Positions 13,401 to 24,289 of a stretch of 64,000 bases of DNA are shown piece after piece. Origin of the DNA: Bugula neritina (Eukaryota; Animalia; Bryozoa); NCBI GenBank assembly GCA_964035545.1, contig OZ037769.1, forward strand, positions 8,165,929 through 8,229,928. The letters are read 5' to 3'. The stretch's first letter is position 1. Each line of letters begins with the position of its first letter. The notes beneath the pieces are model-generated. The model was given only the letters and a program-made list of their open reading frames with translations, ran no database searches and had not been told where the DNA came from. The position numbers were made by a program, and so were the translations under genes.

Positions 13401-16400
13401 TTATATAGTGTTAAATTCTCAAAAACCTCAGTTAATCACCTTGACAATTGAAATTGTTTTTTAATTTAGACACAATATAGAAATAAATGTTGTACCAAAA
13501 AAAATTCAATATAGTAGTTTGTTTTTTTATTCAAGAAAAAAAGCCATTTATAAACTTTTTAAAAAATTTGATAGACCAAACCTGTTATACTGTTTAAAAT
13601 TTTGTGTGACCTAAAGCCTGAAACATGTATGAAATTGAGGTTGCTTTAACGGTATAATGCACTGGCGAAAAACTGCCAATAATGATCTATGATCATGACA
13701 AACATATATGCATATTTTTGAGTGATTTCCTAAAAAAAAGTTCCTTTAAGATTGTAAGATTACTATAATGAGAAGGAGGTTACTTGAAATTGTTCTAAAA
13801 GAGTCTTAAAACTTAATAAATTAAAAGTGTATATAGCAGCTCAACAAGTCGTAAAAATTAAGCATTGTAAAATAACTAAGAAATACAAACATAATTTATA
13901 TAAATAATATAAGTAATAAATTATGCTAGTAAAAATACCTGAAAGTGTCACCTAAACTTTTTTATTACTTTATTATCAGTCTAAAAGTCACTGTTTAAAA
14001 GTTATTACTTAATGCATGGAACTTACCACCTGGCGCAGTAAGGTGGTGCTTTTGTATCAACAACTACAGATGCCAATGCGCTGTACTTTATTCTTAGACT
14101 TGTGTTGTCTGAAACTTTGTCGTATGTCACTTCCTGTGTAAATAAAAAGCTAGCTTAACAAATAGATTATGCCCGCTTGTAACTATATATTTTTGTTTGA
14201 ATATAGAATATTTAATTTTTATCCGGAGTTTATTAATCCGAAAACATATTATAATGCATGCTTCAAACACTGTGTAAATACTCCAATAATAAAAATATTT
14301 TATTATAACACCGCTGTTGTAAAAGTCTGATAAAAAAGTAAGTCATGTTTCTTTCTTATCTTGGAGAGCAGTTGCAATGCTAGTAGCTAAGGTGCTGGGC
14401 TAGTAAACACAGGGTGGTAGGTTCAGATCTTGGTAAAGATAATTGGTGCTGCCAGAAAAGGCATTTAACGTCATAATTTTCTATGTGTCACAGTAAAAGC
14501 AAGCCTTTAATCTCTCAGGAGTGTTTTCATTGGTGATGACTTTAGAAATAAGTGCGAGGATGAATACAAAATTATTTAAAACAACAAATATTTAATTAAA
14601 CTCTTTTTAGTTGCCTATAGTTGAGATAATTTTAGCGCTATGGCTTGCCTTTAATAACGCAATCTAAGGTTTCAAAAAGATTAAAAAGAAATTGTGACAT
14701 TTGAAAATAAATTTGCCAAGATTCAATTGTTAGAATAGCTGCTACAGCAAAAAACATAATATTATATTGTTGGGTACAAAGTCACACGTCCTTTAACAAC
14801 TTTTTATAATTTTATAGTTTAATTTTTACTATCAAGTTTGATTTAAAAGCTGAAACTAAAAAAATGATATTATTCAGCCAGAGCTCATATTTTTGTGTGG
14901 TACGTTAGCTTAAGTGAATAAAGGTTTATGCATGCAGAAATTTAGAGATCATATAGTACTTTAATGAGGATTTCGTCAACATGAAGATCAACCGTCTGAT
15001 CAACTTCTTCATTCCAAGTCTCATACATGTAGTTGAACCCATTGAGGAGAGGGCAGAAAAGAAGGTTTTCTTCTAAAACATATTGGTGAAGGATATTTAT
15101 CTACAATACCCGATTTTCATCAAGCTGATAAAGACGACTACTTAACATTCATTATAAAGTTGCTACAGCAGCTGGCTAGTCAGCCAAATGAACTCGTAAA
15201 TTAACTTGATTGCTTACATATTCTTAAGATTTATCATTTGCCGGCAATACTAGAAAAGTTATGTGACATATATTTTATTTGTTTTAGCTATATAATAGAC
15301 TTAGCAATTTATGAATAATTAATCTGCTGCTTGAGCTTGAAATCAATAACAATATCAAATTTATTTTTTTAAGATATTGGCAGTGTTCCAAGTGAGTGTT
15401 ACCACAATGTATATATACACTGAACGGTTAATGGTACAAAGGACAAAGAAACACAAGTGTCTGGTGTTGATAATGATAGAGCTCAAACTCATTACATCTG
15501 TCGTGGTAAAGTTCGGAACTTGATGTATTGTTATTATTTATGATAGTTTCCCAATGTAATTATAACTAATTTTGATTCTGCTAAAGTTAAATTATGCATT
15601 TTTGCAAAATACTTTTAAAGGCTGTAAATAAGCAAAAAACCAGGAAAAACTTTTTTAATTTGTTATATCCTAACACTTTAGAGACTAATTAGAACTAAAC
15701 CAAAGAATTATTTGTCTTTACAGTTTTATTTTTAATTCAGCAAGCTGCTGCATACCTAGAGTTACTTGTGGTGGCACCATCTCCATAATCAACATCGTTC
15801 TTGCAGAGTTCCATCCAGAGTGAGCATTACTGGTTCCATAACCGTCACATGGGCCTACTACTAACTCTACTACTCTGTCACCAGCCTCCAGTCCATAGCA
15901 CGTGCCATCAACTGAAAATCAATAGGTTTAAGTCACGCTAACACTGCTGCAACAAATTTGTAGAAATAGACACCAATTCAAGTGAGTCTCTGTTTCTATA
16001 AGTGATGTTTTTTTGTTTGTAAAACTGCATTGTATCTGGTATCTTAAAAATAAAAGCGGGTATTTTAGTTTTTTGTAAGATCTGGTTATCTTGTTACATT
16101 ACCTTTCAAAAGTTTTTTTTCATAACAAGCATATTAGAATGTATTTCAGTAAATAGTTGTTTTAGAAGGCAATTAGCATATTTAAAAGAGTGTTGTTACT
16201 AAACCTACTATCTATTGCTCGTTGTAAATTTCCTGTGGTAGCACTGTAATCTAACACCTCAATAGTGTCTGGGTTAGTGCACTTGTTACCATCAAATGTC
16301 AAGTACCAGTGGTGACAAAAGTCTGCTATATTAAGATGTGCACTGACAGCCATGTGGATAATGACTCTCAGTCCTGATTCAACCGTAGACTTTGGGTATG

Positions 16401-19400
16401 TAGCTATCTGAAAATATTGTTAACATAATCTGACTAACAGCTTCTTGAATCTTGAGTCAACATAAACCTAGTTTTGTATAAATAATGAAATATATATATT
16501 ATATATTAATGAAATTGCTTTAAATATAAGTTTATTTTAGTTACTTTGTAAAAACAACAACTAGAAGTTTTCAACAAAATTGTGAATTAAACCTAATACA
16601 GTTGCTCAGTACAAACTACTGCTGTAATATTTTACAATTGTACATTTTACCATTATGATGCCTTCATCTTTGCTATCTTGAAGATCTGTAGACCAATAAT
16701 GTCTGATGTTTGTGTATTCATTTTTCAACCCACATTCAGTTGACTCTTCACCTGCTGTAGAATTATTCTCAAGTATAATTACTAGAATCAAGATGGTTGT
16801 AAAATAGACCTAATGTTATCTTACATAAATGCAATCTAACTTAGCGATTGTGCTTTTTTAAACATAGAAGCTTATTCATAAATACAATCTACAATTATTG
16901 CTATATGAAACGGGAATATATACGCTGTTGTTTTAATATTGTTACTTCGGTTTTGTGTACAGGCATAGCTAGACTGCTATGATATGTAAGATCTTGAATC
17001 ACAGTGAATTTTAACATTGCAAAAAGAGTGAGAGATTAAAAAGCCGTAATTATTTTCAGGAGAACATATTTCTACTTTATTCATAAAATAGTGTGAGTTA
17101 ATTGAATGCATCGATGCTTTGTTAAAGCACAATTATTTCATAGGTCCCTGTGATCATGTATTGTGGTTAAACATGAGAATTCACCTACCTAAGCAAATCG
17201 GGTTTTCCAAGACGGTCTCTCCACATCCAACCATGCAGATTTCTAAATTTGAACAATTTCTACCACTGCAGTTTGTCAGCTATCAAACAGAAAAATAGAC
17301 AAATATTTATGTACATCACAATTGAAAAATATATTCAATCAATATATTGAATCAGTAAACTAAAAATATACTTTGTGTTTAATATTTCTAAATATAACAA
17401 TTATTTATAATTTATATTTGCATGCATGTTAGCAGTAGCCCACAATAAAAGACTGAATAGAAAAAGTATTACAAAATATGTTTAATCACTGGCATACAGT
17501 CTTTAAATTATACAAAAGAGATAAAATAATAAATTTATAAAAAGACTTTTAATATGTTTTATTATGCTGGTTTGATTTTAATTATTGTTTAAAAACTGCG
17601 TAAATCAACAAGCTAAAATATTATTTGAAATGTGGTCTGTATACTCACTACACTATAGTTGTTCCCAATAAATTAGTAGTATAGCAGTATTTTACCCCGA
17701 AAAAAGGTACCAAATAATTTTAATAAAACGAAATACAATCTAATATAAAAGTTTAAAGGCACCATCACCTCTGAAATTGTTGAGGGAAATTTAGCTTATT
17801 TAAATTTGATTGGGGTTTAAAGCTTACCTCCCCTGTTGCCATTAGCTCCATGAAATATCCGTCAACGGAACCATTTTTAGAAGATAAATTCAAAGTGGAA
17901 GTTGACCCATTCAGTTCATAGCACATTCCTAAAACAGCTATGATGCGTCATAATAGATATGAAATCACCAAACAAATATTTTAGGTGCATCATAAAGATG
18001 CATAATTAACCTGATTTCTTATTTGCTAGTGAAAAAGAAATTGAAATAAAAGTATCGCATTAGCATTATTCTCATTTGTTTATTTATTATAATCATTTTA
18101 AGCTATACTTTAAAACATTTTGTTAAGTGCATACATATTTTATTAAATGAATCCATTGGACCCTAATATTAAAATTTCTTAGTTCACAATTTACACATTT
18201 CACACAAATTGCTACTTAAGTAACCACTAACATATGCTACATTTATGTAATATAATAAATGATACATATATTATATAATATATTAAAATAAAATTTGTTG
18301 TATGATGAATTTTTAGAAAATTCTGAAAACAAAGTTCTAGGCAGCTGGCAACATACTTTTGTGCCATTTCATGTTAGACTATAAATCATTGAGTGACGAA
18401 GACTTTTTGCATTTGCAAATATAAATATTTAAATATTATAATGAACTTTGCTGATGAAAATATGTGTGTGATTTAATAAAAGTAAGCTTATAAAAACGTC
18501 TACAAAAGGCAAAACATGTTCTTCCCAAATCACAATGCAAATTTGGTTTTTTTATAGAACTCATTATATAGTCACAATGTATGCAACAATTCAATGCACA
18601 CATTTTATTACATGCTTATATAATAACAAACACTGTTGTTATATATGTAGTTATTGACTTAATATAAATAATTGATGATTATTTTGTAATATAAAAACAA
18701 AATAGCTTTTTAGTGCAACCCTAGACATCAAACAATATTTTAATAATGCAGTTAATGTACAGAAAAGTGATTATATGACAAAGAAATTTAAACTAAAATA
18801 ATGATCCATTAGGCATAAATTAGATGTCAATTGTTGTCAAACCTAATTGAAAATACAAAAAAAGCAAAGCTTATAGGTGCATTATTGATTTGTTCAAAAG
18901 TTTAAGCAGTTGTTTTAGTATCATGTAACAATTAAGAATAGCAATGCAATTTGACTTACATGCAGACGCAAACAATTCACTACCACGTGTGTCTATATCC
19001 ACACGCGGTTATAGAGGGTTGCTTGAGTCTGTAAGTCAAAATCCCTAGCTATTCCTAATTGTTACATGATATTATTATAACAAATACTTGAAATATTAGC
19101 AATTGTATCAGTAGCTATATGTGCTATGCTAATTTACTGGCTGGAAATTAATATTTTGAACTTCCTAGTTTATAGAACAAAATAATTTTATTTCTAAAAC
19201 ATAGCATGATTTTTCATCAACATAGCTTCTATAATAAGCAATTTATTATAACTGCTATCTTTTACCTGCATTGCTTCTAAAAATAGCATTACATTGCAAA
19301 GGGAAATTTCTCCAGCAGTTGACTAAACACTCTGTAAGACTTCTGGTTGATGATTTTCTGGTTATAAGAGAGCTCTTAGGGTTGAGGTACTGGTCGTTTG

Positions 19401-19979
19401 ATACACTGACAGAGTTTCCACAGTCTGGTAAATCTTCAAAATATCATGTGCAGGATACCAGGCTTAGCATTATCACAGTTTTATTCTATAGGATTTGATT
19501 ATTTGTAAAACTTGTAATGTATTATACTGATAAGTGCAATTATTCTACATGAAAATAATATGATTTTCTAAACTTAATAGAATAACTATACAATAGGTTG
19601 CCACACAATACATTCAATGTTTAAACATTTTTAACAGCAACTACAGTATTATTTGGAGTGAGTTAGAAAGTTATGTTGATTCATATGTTACTGCATGAAT
19701 CTAATCTTGTAGGAAATAATTATTTAGTTATGCAAGTGAATTCTGTAGTCTGGATGGCACAAAACAATACCAATAAATCTAACTTTTTAGGCTGTTTAAA
19801 ATTTACAATGAAAACAAAACCTAAATTTTAAAATTCATATTGAGCTGCTTTTCCCATTGATAACTTTATAAGTGATCTATAATGACGGAAACACACTTAC
19901 CTAATATACCCGTCATAGCTAAATGAAATGATGATGAACATAACCAACTGATGAACAGTGTCGTACTTTTCAACTTCAT
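10297..19979 (-). CDS. Paralog A: secreted PAN/apple + 3x CTHRC1 C-terminal-like domain protein, ~629 aa, 14 coding exons
   Basis: Exons: 19979-19901, 19433(or 19424)-19266, 17928-17828, 17279-17189, 16754-16651, 16407-16209, 15911-15756, 15072-14960, 14133-14027, 13100-12991, 12041-11871, 11115-10911, 10818-10721, 10484-10297. All GT-AG, phases join into one 1,890-nt frame, and exon lengths equal those of paralog B. Repeated motifs YxK..LR, CxxW[FY]..C..P, GxC, VGxC, TGW..IEE match the CTHRC1 C-terminal domain. Confidence 0.88.
10721..10818 (-). CDS. Paralog A exon 13 (domain 3)
   Basis: ttacag/gtaaat; WFFNIDNAECTSPGRIEGIYYFNFQTAMHHPMQ; phase 2-1. Confidence 0.9.
10911..11115 (-). CDS. Paralog A exon 12 (domain 3)
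   Basis: ttttag/gtaaga; ...FHYW..DVADLYTITYVKEYADTGLRL..SLCGRW; phase 1-2. Confidence 0.88.
11871..12041 (-). CDS. Paralog A exon 11 (domain 2)
   Basis: cttcag acceptor; LEGICDNVLPEGTHIIKIYVGRC..TGGFNSPSRLHIEEV; donor (gtgcta) less certain. Confidence 0.85.
12430..13460 (+). mobile_element. Decayed Penelope-like element (RT thumb to GIY-YIG) spanning exon 10 in antisense
   Basis: Colinear plus-strand relic motifs: YTK, RYCKQALI, KYPASFIKR, KKIK..LNIV, SSNCSYKVKC, VGESTHRL, SSI*EYAKTTNRH, ENVEI. Paralogous copy ~46650-47660. Confidence 0.55.
12991..13100 (-). CDS. Paralog A exon 10 (domain 2)
   Basis: gtacag/gtaaat; WFVKIEDGECSPQLDYVISHTSPYNYNYWRHHRKSGT; phase 2-1 like exon 13; the only suitable exon I found between exons 9 and 11. 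Confidence 0.7.
14027..14133 (-). CDS. Paralog A exon 9 (domain 2)
   Basis: acacag/gtaagt; EVTYDKVSDNTSLRIKYSALASVVVDTKAPPYCARW. Confidence 0.9.
14365..14520 (+). mobile_element. Degraded tRNA-derived SINE-like relic in intron
   Basis: A-box-like tagtagctaagg and B-box-like ggttcagatc; more decayed copy at ~53320-53470. Confidence 0.35.
14960..15072 (-). CDS. Paralog A exon 8 (start of domain 2)
   Basis: ttttag/gtacta; EENLLFCPLLNGFNYMYETWNEEVDQTVDLHVDEILIK; phase 1-0. Confidence 0.85.
15756..15911 (-). CDS. Paralog A exon 7 (end of domain 1)
   Basis: tttcag/gtatgc; IDGTCYGLEAGDRVVELVVGPCDGYGTSNAHSGWNSARTMLIMEM. Confidence 0.9.
16209..16407 (-). CDS. Paralog A exon 6 (domain 1)
   Basis: tttcag/gtaggt; IATYPKSTVESGLRV..FCHHWYLTFDGNKCTNPDTIE..QRAID. 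Confidence 0.9.
16651..16754 (-). CDS. Paralog A exon 5 (start of domain 1)
   Basis: CAGCAG tandem acceptor (16754 or 16751)/gtaaaa; GEESTECGLKNEYTNIRHYWSTDLQDSKDEGIIM. Confidence 0.88.
17189..17279 (-). CDS. Paralog A exon 4 (Cys-rich, follistatin-N-like module)
   Basis: tgatag/gtaggt; LTNCSGRNCSNLEICMVGCGETVLENPICL. Confidence 0.8.
17828..17928 (-). CDS. Paralog A exon 3 (PAN/apple C-terminal half)
   Basis: ttttag/gtaagc; GMCYELNGSTSTLNLSSKNGSVDGYFMELMATGE. Confidence 0.85.
18919..19071. repeat. ~150-bp intronic hairpin/foldback
   Basis: tatcatgtaacaattaagaatagc / gctattcctaattgttacatgata (23/24), tttgacttaca / tgtaagtcaaa, palindromic centre; copy at ~57810-57964. Confidence 0.75.
19266..19433 (-). 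CDS. Paralog A exon 2 (PAN/apple-like domain)
   Basis: DLPDCGNSVSV..TRSLTECLVNCWRNFPLQCNAIFRSNA; C-x3-C-x7-C then C-Y-E-L in the next exon is the PAN/apple spacing; phase 1-1; acceptor 19433 (AAG) or 19424 (CAG). Confidence 0.82.
19901..19979 (-). CDS. Paralog A exon 1 (ATG, signal peptide-like)
   Basis: MKLKSTTLFISWLCSSSFHLAMTGIL; donor AG|GTAAGT; acceptor ttttag 1 nt before the ATG. Confidence 0.8.
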
Positions 19980-20583
19980 CCTAAAATGCATGAGTCAACT
20001 ATTTTAGATTATGTTATTCAATATAAAAGTTTACATATATTATATTGATAATTGCTAGTGCTATAATAATTTTTTGTATAATATTTTAGTAATTATAACA
20101 CATGAACATTCTAACATAGCGAGAATTTTGAATAAATTTATATAGATGTTAATAACTCCTTTTTTTTAGAATAACTTGGAGCACTTGGGCATAGTTTAAT
20201 TTGTTTGGTTATGCATAATTTATCTATTTAAATTTTTTAAAAATATAATAGTGGTTTTAGAACATGAGAAAAAACATTAGAATTTAAATTTGTCACAATA
20301 ATTATGATATTTATATCATAACAATTTATGTTATAATTATTTTCTAAACTAGCTACTATAAAATTGATTGAATTATCACAGTATCTATATAAGGTTTGAA
20401 ATTTAACAATAAAATGACAATAATTGAAATTTTCTAATTTACTTTACAGAATTTTTTTGTAATATATTGAATATTTCAATGCATAAATTAAACAAAAGCT
20501 GACCTTTATCTAACAAACCTCTCAACTTTAATTTATTTGTTATAACTGATATGTGCTAGGTCTATATATATAAACACTCATTT

Positions 20584-20586
<3 letters not shown>

Positions 20587-20622
<36 letters not shown>
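20587..20622. repeat. (TA)n microsatellite
   Basis: Direct reading; much longer at the paralogous site 59462-59620. Confidence 0.95.
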
Positions 20623-20625
<3 letters not shown>

Positions 20626-20995
20626 TCTAATAATGCAACAGTACATAATTGACAGAAAATTGTTTAATAGATTTTTCTCAATCATATTAAACAATAAATT
20701 CATCCTAATGTACTATGCAAAAATAAAAGGCTCTAATCAAAATTGTTCAATCTGGTAATTTTTCTATATTTTGAAAAATTCAATGTTTTACAAAATATAT
20801 GACTCTATGATATATCAACAAGAATGTGAAGAAATAATGCGCTTGTTGCTTACTTATGTATAATGAAAAAATACAAACACAAAAATTAGGTATAAATAAG
20901 ACACCTAAATATTAAACTAAGCATTGAATAATAAAAGAGATTGTTTATAAAACAGTTTAAAGATGTTTATAGATTGTAAACGCATAGTGAAATAC

Positions 20996-21100
20996 CTGAC
21001 TCGACAATTAAGAGAAGGCAGACATAAGAGCTGGTTTAATGTGTGTAGACCAACTGCAAGCACCTTCACCAAGAAACTGCAACAGGAATATTGATTTCTA
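20996..21100 (-). other. Candidate non-coding first exon of paralog A
   Basis: Exon 1 has a splice acceptor, so an upstream exon is needed; CAG|GTATT donor at 20995 conserved in B (59994). 5' end unknown. Confidence 0.3.
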
Positions 21101-21299
21101 TCTGCTGTCGTAATTTCAGTATCTATTGATTGTTTGCATATTTTATAACAGCATTACTCTGCAGTATAATATTGCAATAGCATAATATTTATATATACAT
21201 ACATATCATATTCTTTTATGTTTCTGTATTCTGAACAATAATTATTGATGTGTAATATTTTGCTAGCAAATGTTTTTATTTTAAAGATTTGCAGTTTTT

Positions 21300-24289
21300 A
21301 TAATGACTGTATTTGATGCCTTATACTCACTAACCACTAAAACTGTGATAAACCAAGCGGCTAAAAAAATGTTACTCTCAACAAACCCAACACTACCTCA
21401 CAAGACGGAAGAGGTAGAGAAAATATATGTCATTGACACATTTAAAGTTGATATGAGATGTTCCGGGCATAGTATTTGTGATTCAAACTTAAAAGATATA
21501 ACTGCTGATGAGAACAGCATGTGTGCAGCTGAAACTTTTAACTTGCAAAAATTTCAGAAAAAAAACTGTTGAAACTATTGATTCAAAAATGTCTCCGAAT
21601 GTTCCATTTAAAAATGATCAAGTTTCCAAAGATGAGTTAGGTCTATTGAAAAGTTAAACTTGCATGCACAGTCTTCCCATAGATCACTCTCAGATCTTGC
21701 ATAATATCCTTATCGTCTAAAGCCTAAACCACATGATAAAATAGTGTATTTTTGATTAATATAATTCTTCATAGCTTGTAAGAGGAATGTCATATAATCA
21801 AAAGTTGCTATATGTAATTATATTTGCTGATTATTATAACTGCATATAGTAATTTTTATATGATTTATAGCCTTTGCTAATCAAAGTTCTATAACCTATG
21901 AGCATTGCATTGCATGAACTCTGAGCATGTAGATTTTTTAAGACTGACATAAACAGTTCTAAACATTGGGTTCAGTCATCAAAGAAAAAAACTCACAAAA
22001 CCAACTTAACACAGAGCTGAATGCTGACTATATCATCTCACAGAATACTAGTACGTGGAATGAAACAAAGAGTACAGATGATTTTATAGCTACTTTTTAC
22101 CTGATTCTTTACTAAAGCATATCTTATAAGAAAGCAGCTCCATATGTTAAAAGTAGTCTGCACCTAGAGGAGAAAAGACAATGTTATATGTAGCAGCTAA
22201 ATTGGTTTTTATACCAATTCTTTGATGACATAACTTACAGCAAAATATTATAGCAATGATAAGCAAACTGTCCTTAATCCTATAAAGATGAGAAAATAGT
22301 ACTGTCTTTATCTATAACCACATTATAATTTACTTTTTTAATAAATTTTCCAAACATATCTCATAGATTTAAAAAAGAACAAAATGCTATCGAAATTTCC
22401 AAATGTTATGTGTTGGAATTTGAAAAACTAACTGTTCTTTATGGTAGGGGTAACGGGGGGGGGGGGGGGGCACAACGGGCTGAATTTTGCATTTGTTGCT
22501 CTCATTCATCTGTTTTTCAAGTTACTAGTTCAATAATTTCCAGTCTTAATGCTGCATCTGTTGTCTATTACAGGTATCAGTTTGTTGTTTCTATCTCTCT
22601 CACAACTTTCAGAATAATAAAATTTTCATGACGAAAAAATTGGCCCATTGTGCCCCGATACCGGGGTTCAATGGGCCACTGGGTGGGACACAACAAATAT
22701 ATTGAAATTTTGCGTATTATGTTACATCTGATCTTTATTTATTTAATATTACAAATAAATAAAGATACTCTTTCAGATCTACAGCAAAATTCATGTTTTA
22801 GCTGTACAGTTTGTGCCACTACAGATAGCAGAGGAAGGCAAAATCAAACACACATCACTCGGTTCTGCAGTGCCATTATTATTACTGTTTAAAACTAAAA
22901 ATGTTGTTATTTTCACCTCAGAGGAACGTTTATCAAAAAAAACTTTAGTAACATATGCTACAAAATTCCGAGTGGACTTTTTTATATGAACTGTAGCTAA
23001 GGTGCATGGCTGAGGTTTGTGATTGGAGTACAGAAGAGAGAGGGAGGAGCAAATGAGCAAATCACAATTTATTTTAGTCAAATACATCTATATTCCCTCA
23101 ATGGTGTAATATATAATGAGTATCATGACTATCTAATAGTAGCAAGTAGCAACAGCAGAGTGTTTTGTATTATGTATAAAATGGCAAAGCTTCAACCTCA
23201 CCAGATCTATATATTAGGGGAGCTTCAACTTGTAGTTTTGTAGTCTTACCATGATGCCTTTGATATTTTACAAAAAAATCAGAAATGGCTCTATCTATAA
23301 ATTTTAGTAACATTTCAACCAACTTTTTGAGCAAACAAACTAATAAGAGTGATCAGGGTGCAATAATCAGGTGGCCCATTGTGCCCTGGTCAGCGTGACC
23401 CATTGTGCCCCGTGTGGCCAAATTGAAAATAAATGTGCCTCAAGGAAAATTTATTTCAGAGTTTGCTGTTATACTAGTTAAGTAATGTAGAGACAAGCAA
23501 TTGCAACAATATTAGTAAAATATAGGGTTCTTGCCTTTGAGTGTAAAAAGTTATAAAGCTTTAACGACGTCCTAAAAAATTTACAAAAAGTAGGTAAAAA
23601 CAGTGTTTAACTCACCTTATTCAACACGTATGCTCCGCAAATGTTGAAACTACAAAAACCGAATAATTATGTCAATATAATTTCATGAAAAAAAATCACA
23701 ATTCTAAGTCAATAAGTTCTTTCACAGTTTGGCCGGCTTTTTGTACCCCTATGACCGTTGTGCCCCCCCACCCCGTTACCCCTATATCATATATCATAAA
23801 TCAAGACATATAATAATTTGATTAGCATGCAACTTTAAAAAGTAATGAAAATTCTATTAATATTTTAAAAATTCAATTTTAAAAAACTGTAGAATTAAAC
23901 TCAGGAACAGGCAACCCCAAACCTAAAACAAACTACCAACACCTGGACTTATTTACCTTTGTGACATCAACACTGCACCAAATCAATCAAAAAATAAGAC
24001 CAACATATTTATGAAAGCTTTTTATAAAAAAAAAAGATACAAAGTAAAACAGCTGTAACACTGCCACAGTATGGTACTACTCAGACAGCTGTTATGATAT
24101 ATTTTAAAACTACTAATAACACATAATCTGAGCATTTTGTTGAAGTTAAGAGCAAACTTGTTTTTTAATAATTGAATTCTAAAGTAACATTTATTAGTTT
24201 AAAATACTTTAACAGCATAGAAAAGAATTGCCATTTTCTATTTGTATAGAGAAGTTTTTTTAGAAAAGATTGAAATGATAATTTATATG
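21300..24289 (+). mobile_element. Highly decayed Ty3/Gypsy pol relic (continues ~28228-28700; duplicated ~60300-62450)
   Basis: LGLLK-like motif ~21637; LPF(D)INTAP RT-motif relic at 23953-23980; nucleotide similarity of 21400-21800 to 33950-34300. Confidence 0.4.
22447..23782. mobile_element. Non-autonomous TIR element (Tc1/mariner-pogo-like MITE), unit A only
   Basis: TIR ggggtaacgggg..gggcacaacgg / ccgttgtgcccc..ccccgttacccc flanked by TA; internal cccattgtgccc repeats; empty site at ~61467. Confidence 0.85.

Noticed and set aside
13612-13730. Alternative exon 10 candidate with a good acceptor
   Set aside because: Stop in the required frame and a 2-nt indel between paralogs.
18960-19030. 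Extra coding exon in intron 2
   Set aside because: In-frame TAA in the required phase; the splice-like signals come from the inverted repeat.
19271-19498. Plus-strand ORF conserved in both units (also 58174-58455)
   Set aside because: Antisense shadow of the PAN exon; the minus strand has the splice sites and Cys pattern.
10297-19979. Calling the gene CTHRC1 itself
   Set aside because: No Gly-X-Y exon found and the domain is triplicated behind a PAN domain; orthology is not supported.
21503-21540. CTGATGA...GAAAC second hammerhead candidate
   Set aside because: Stems I-III do not pair.
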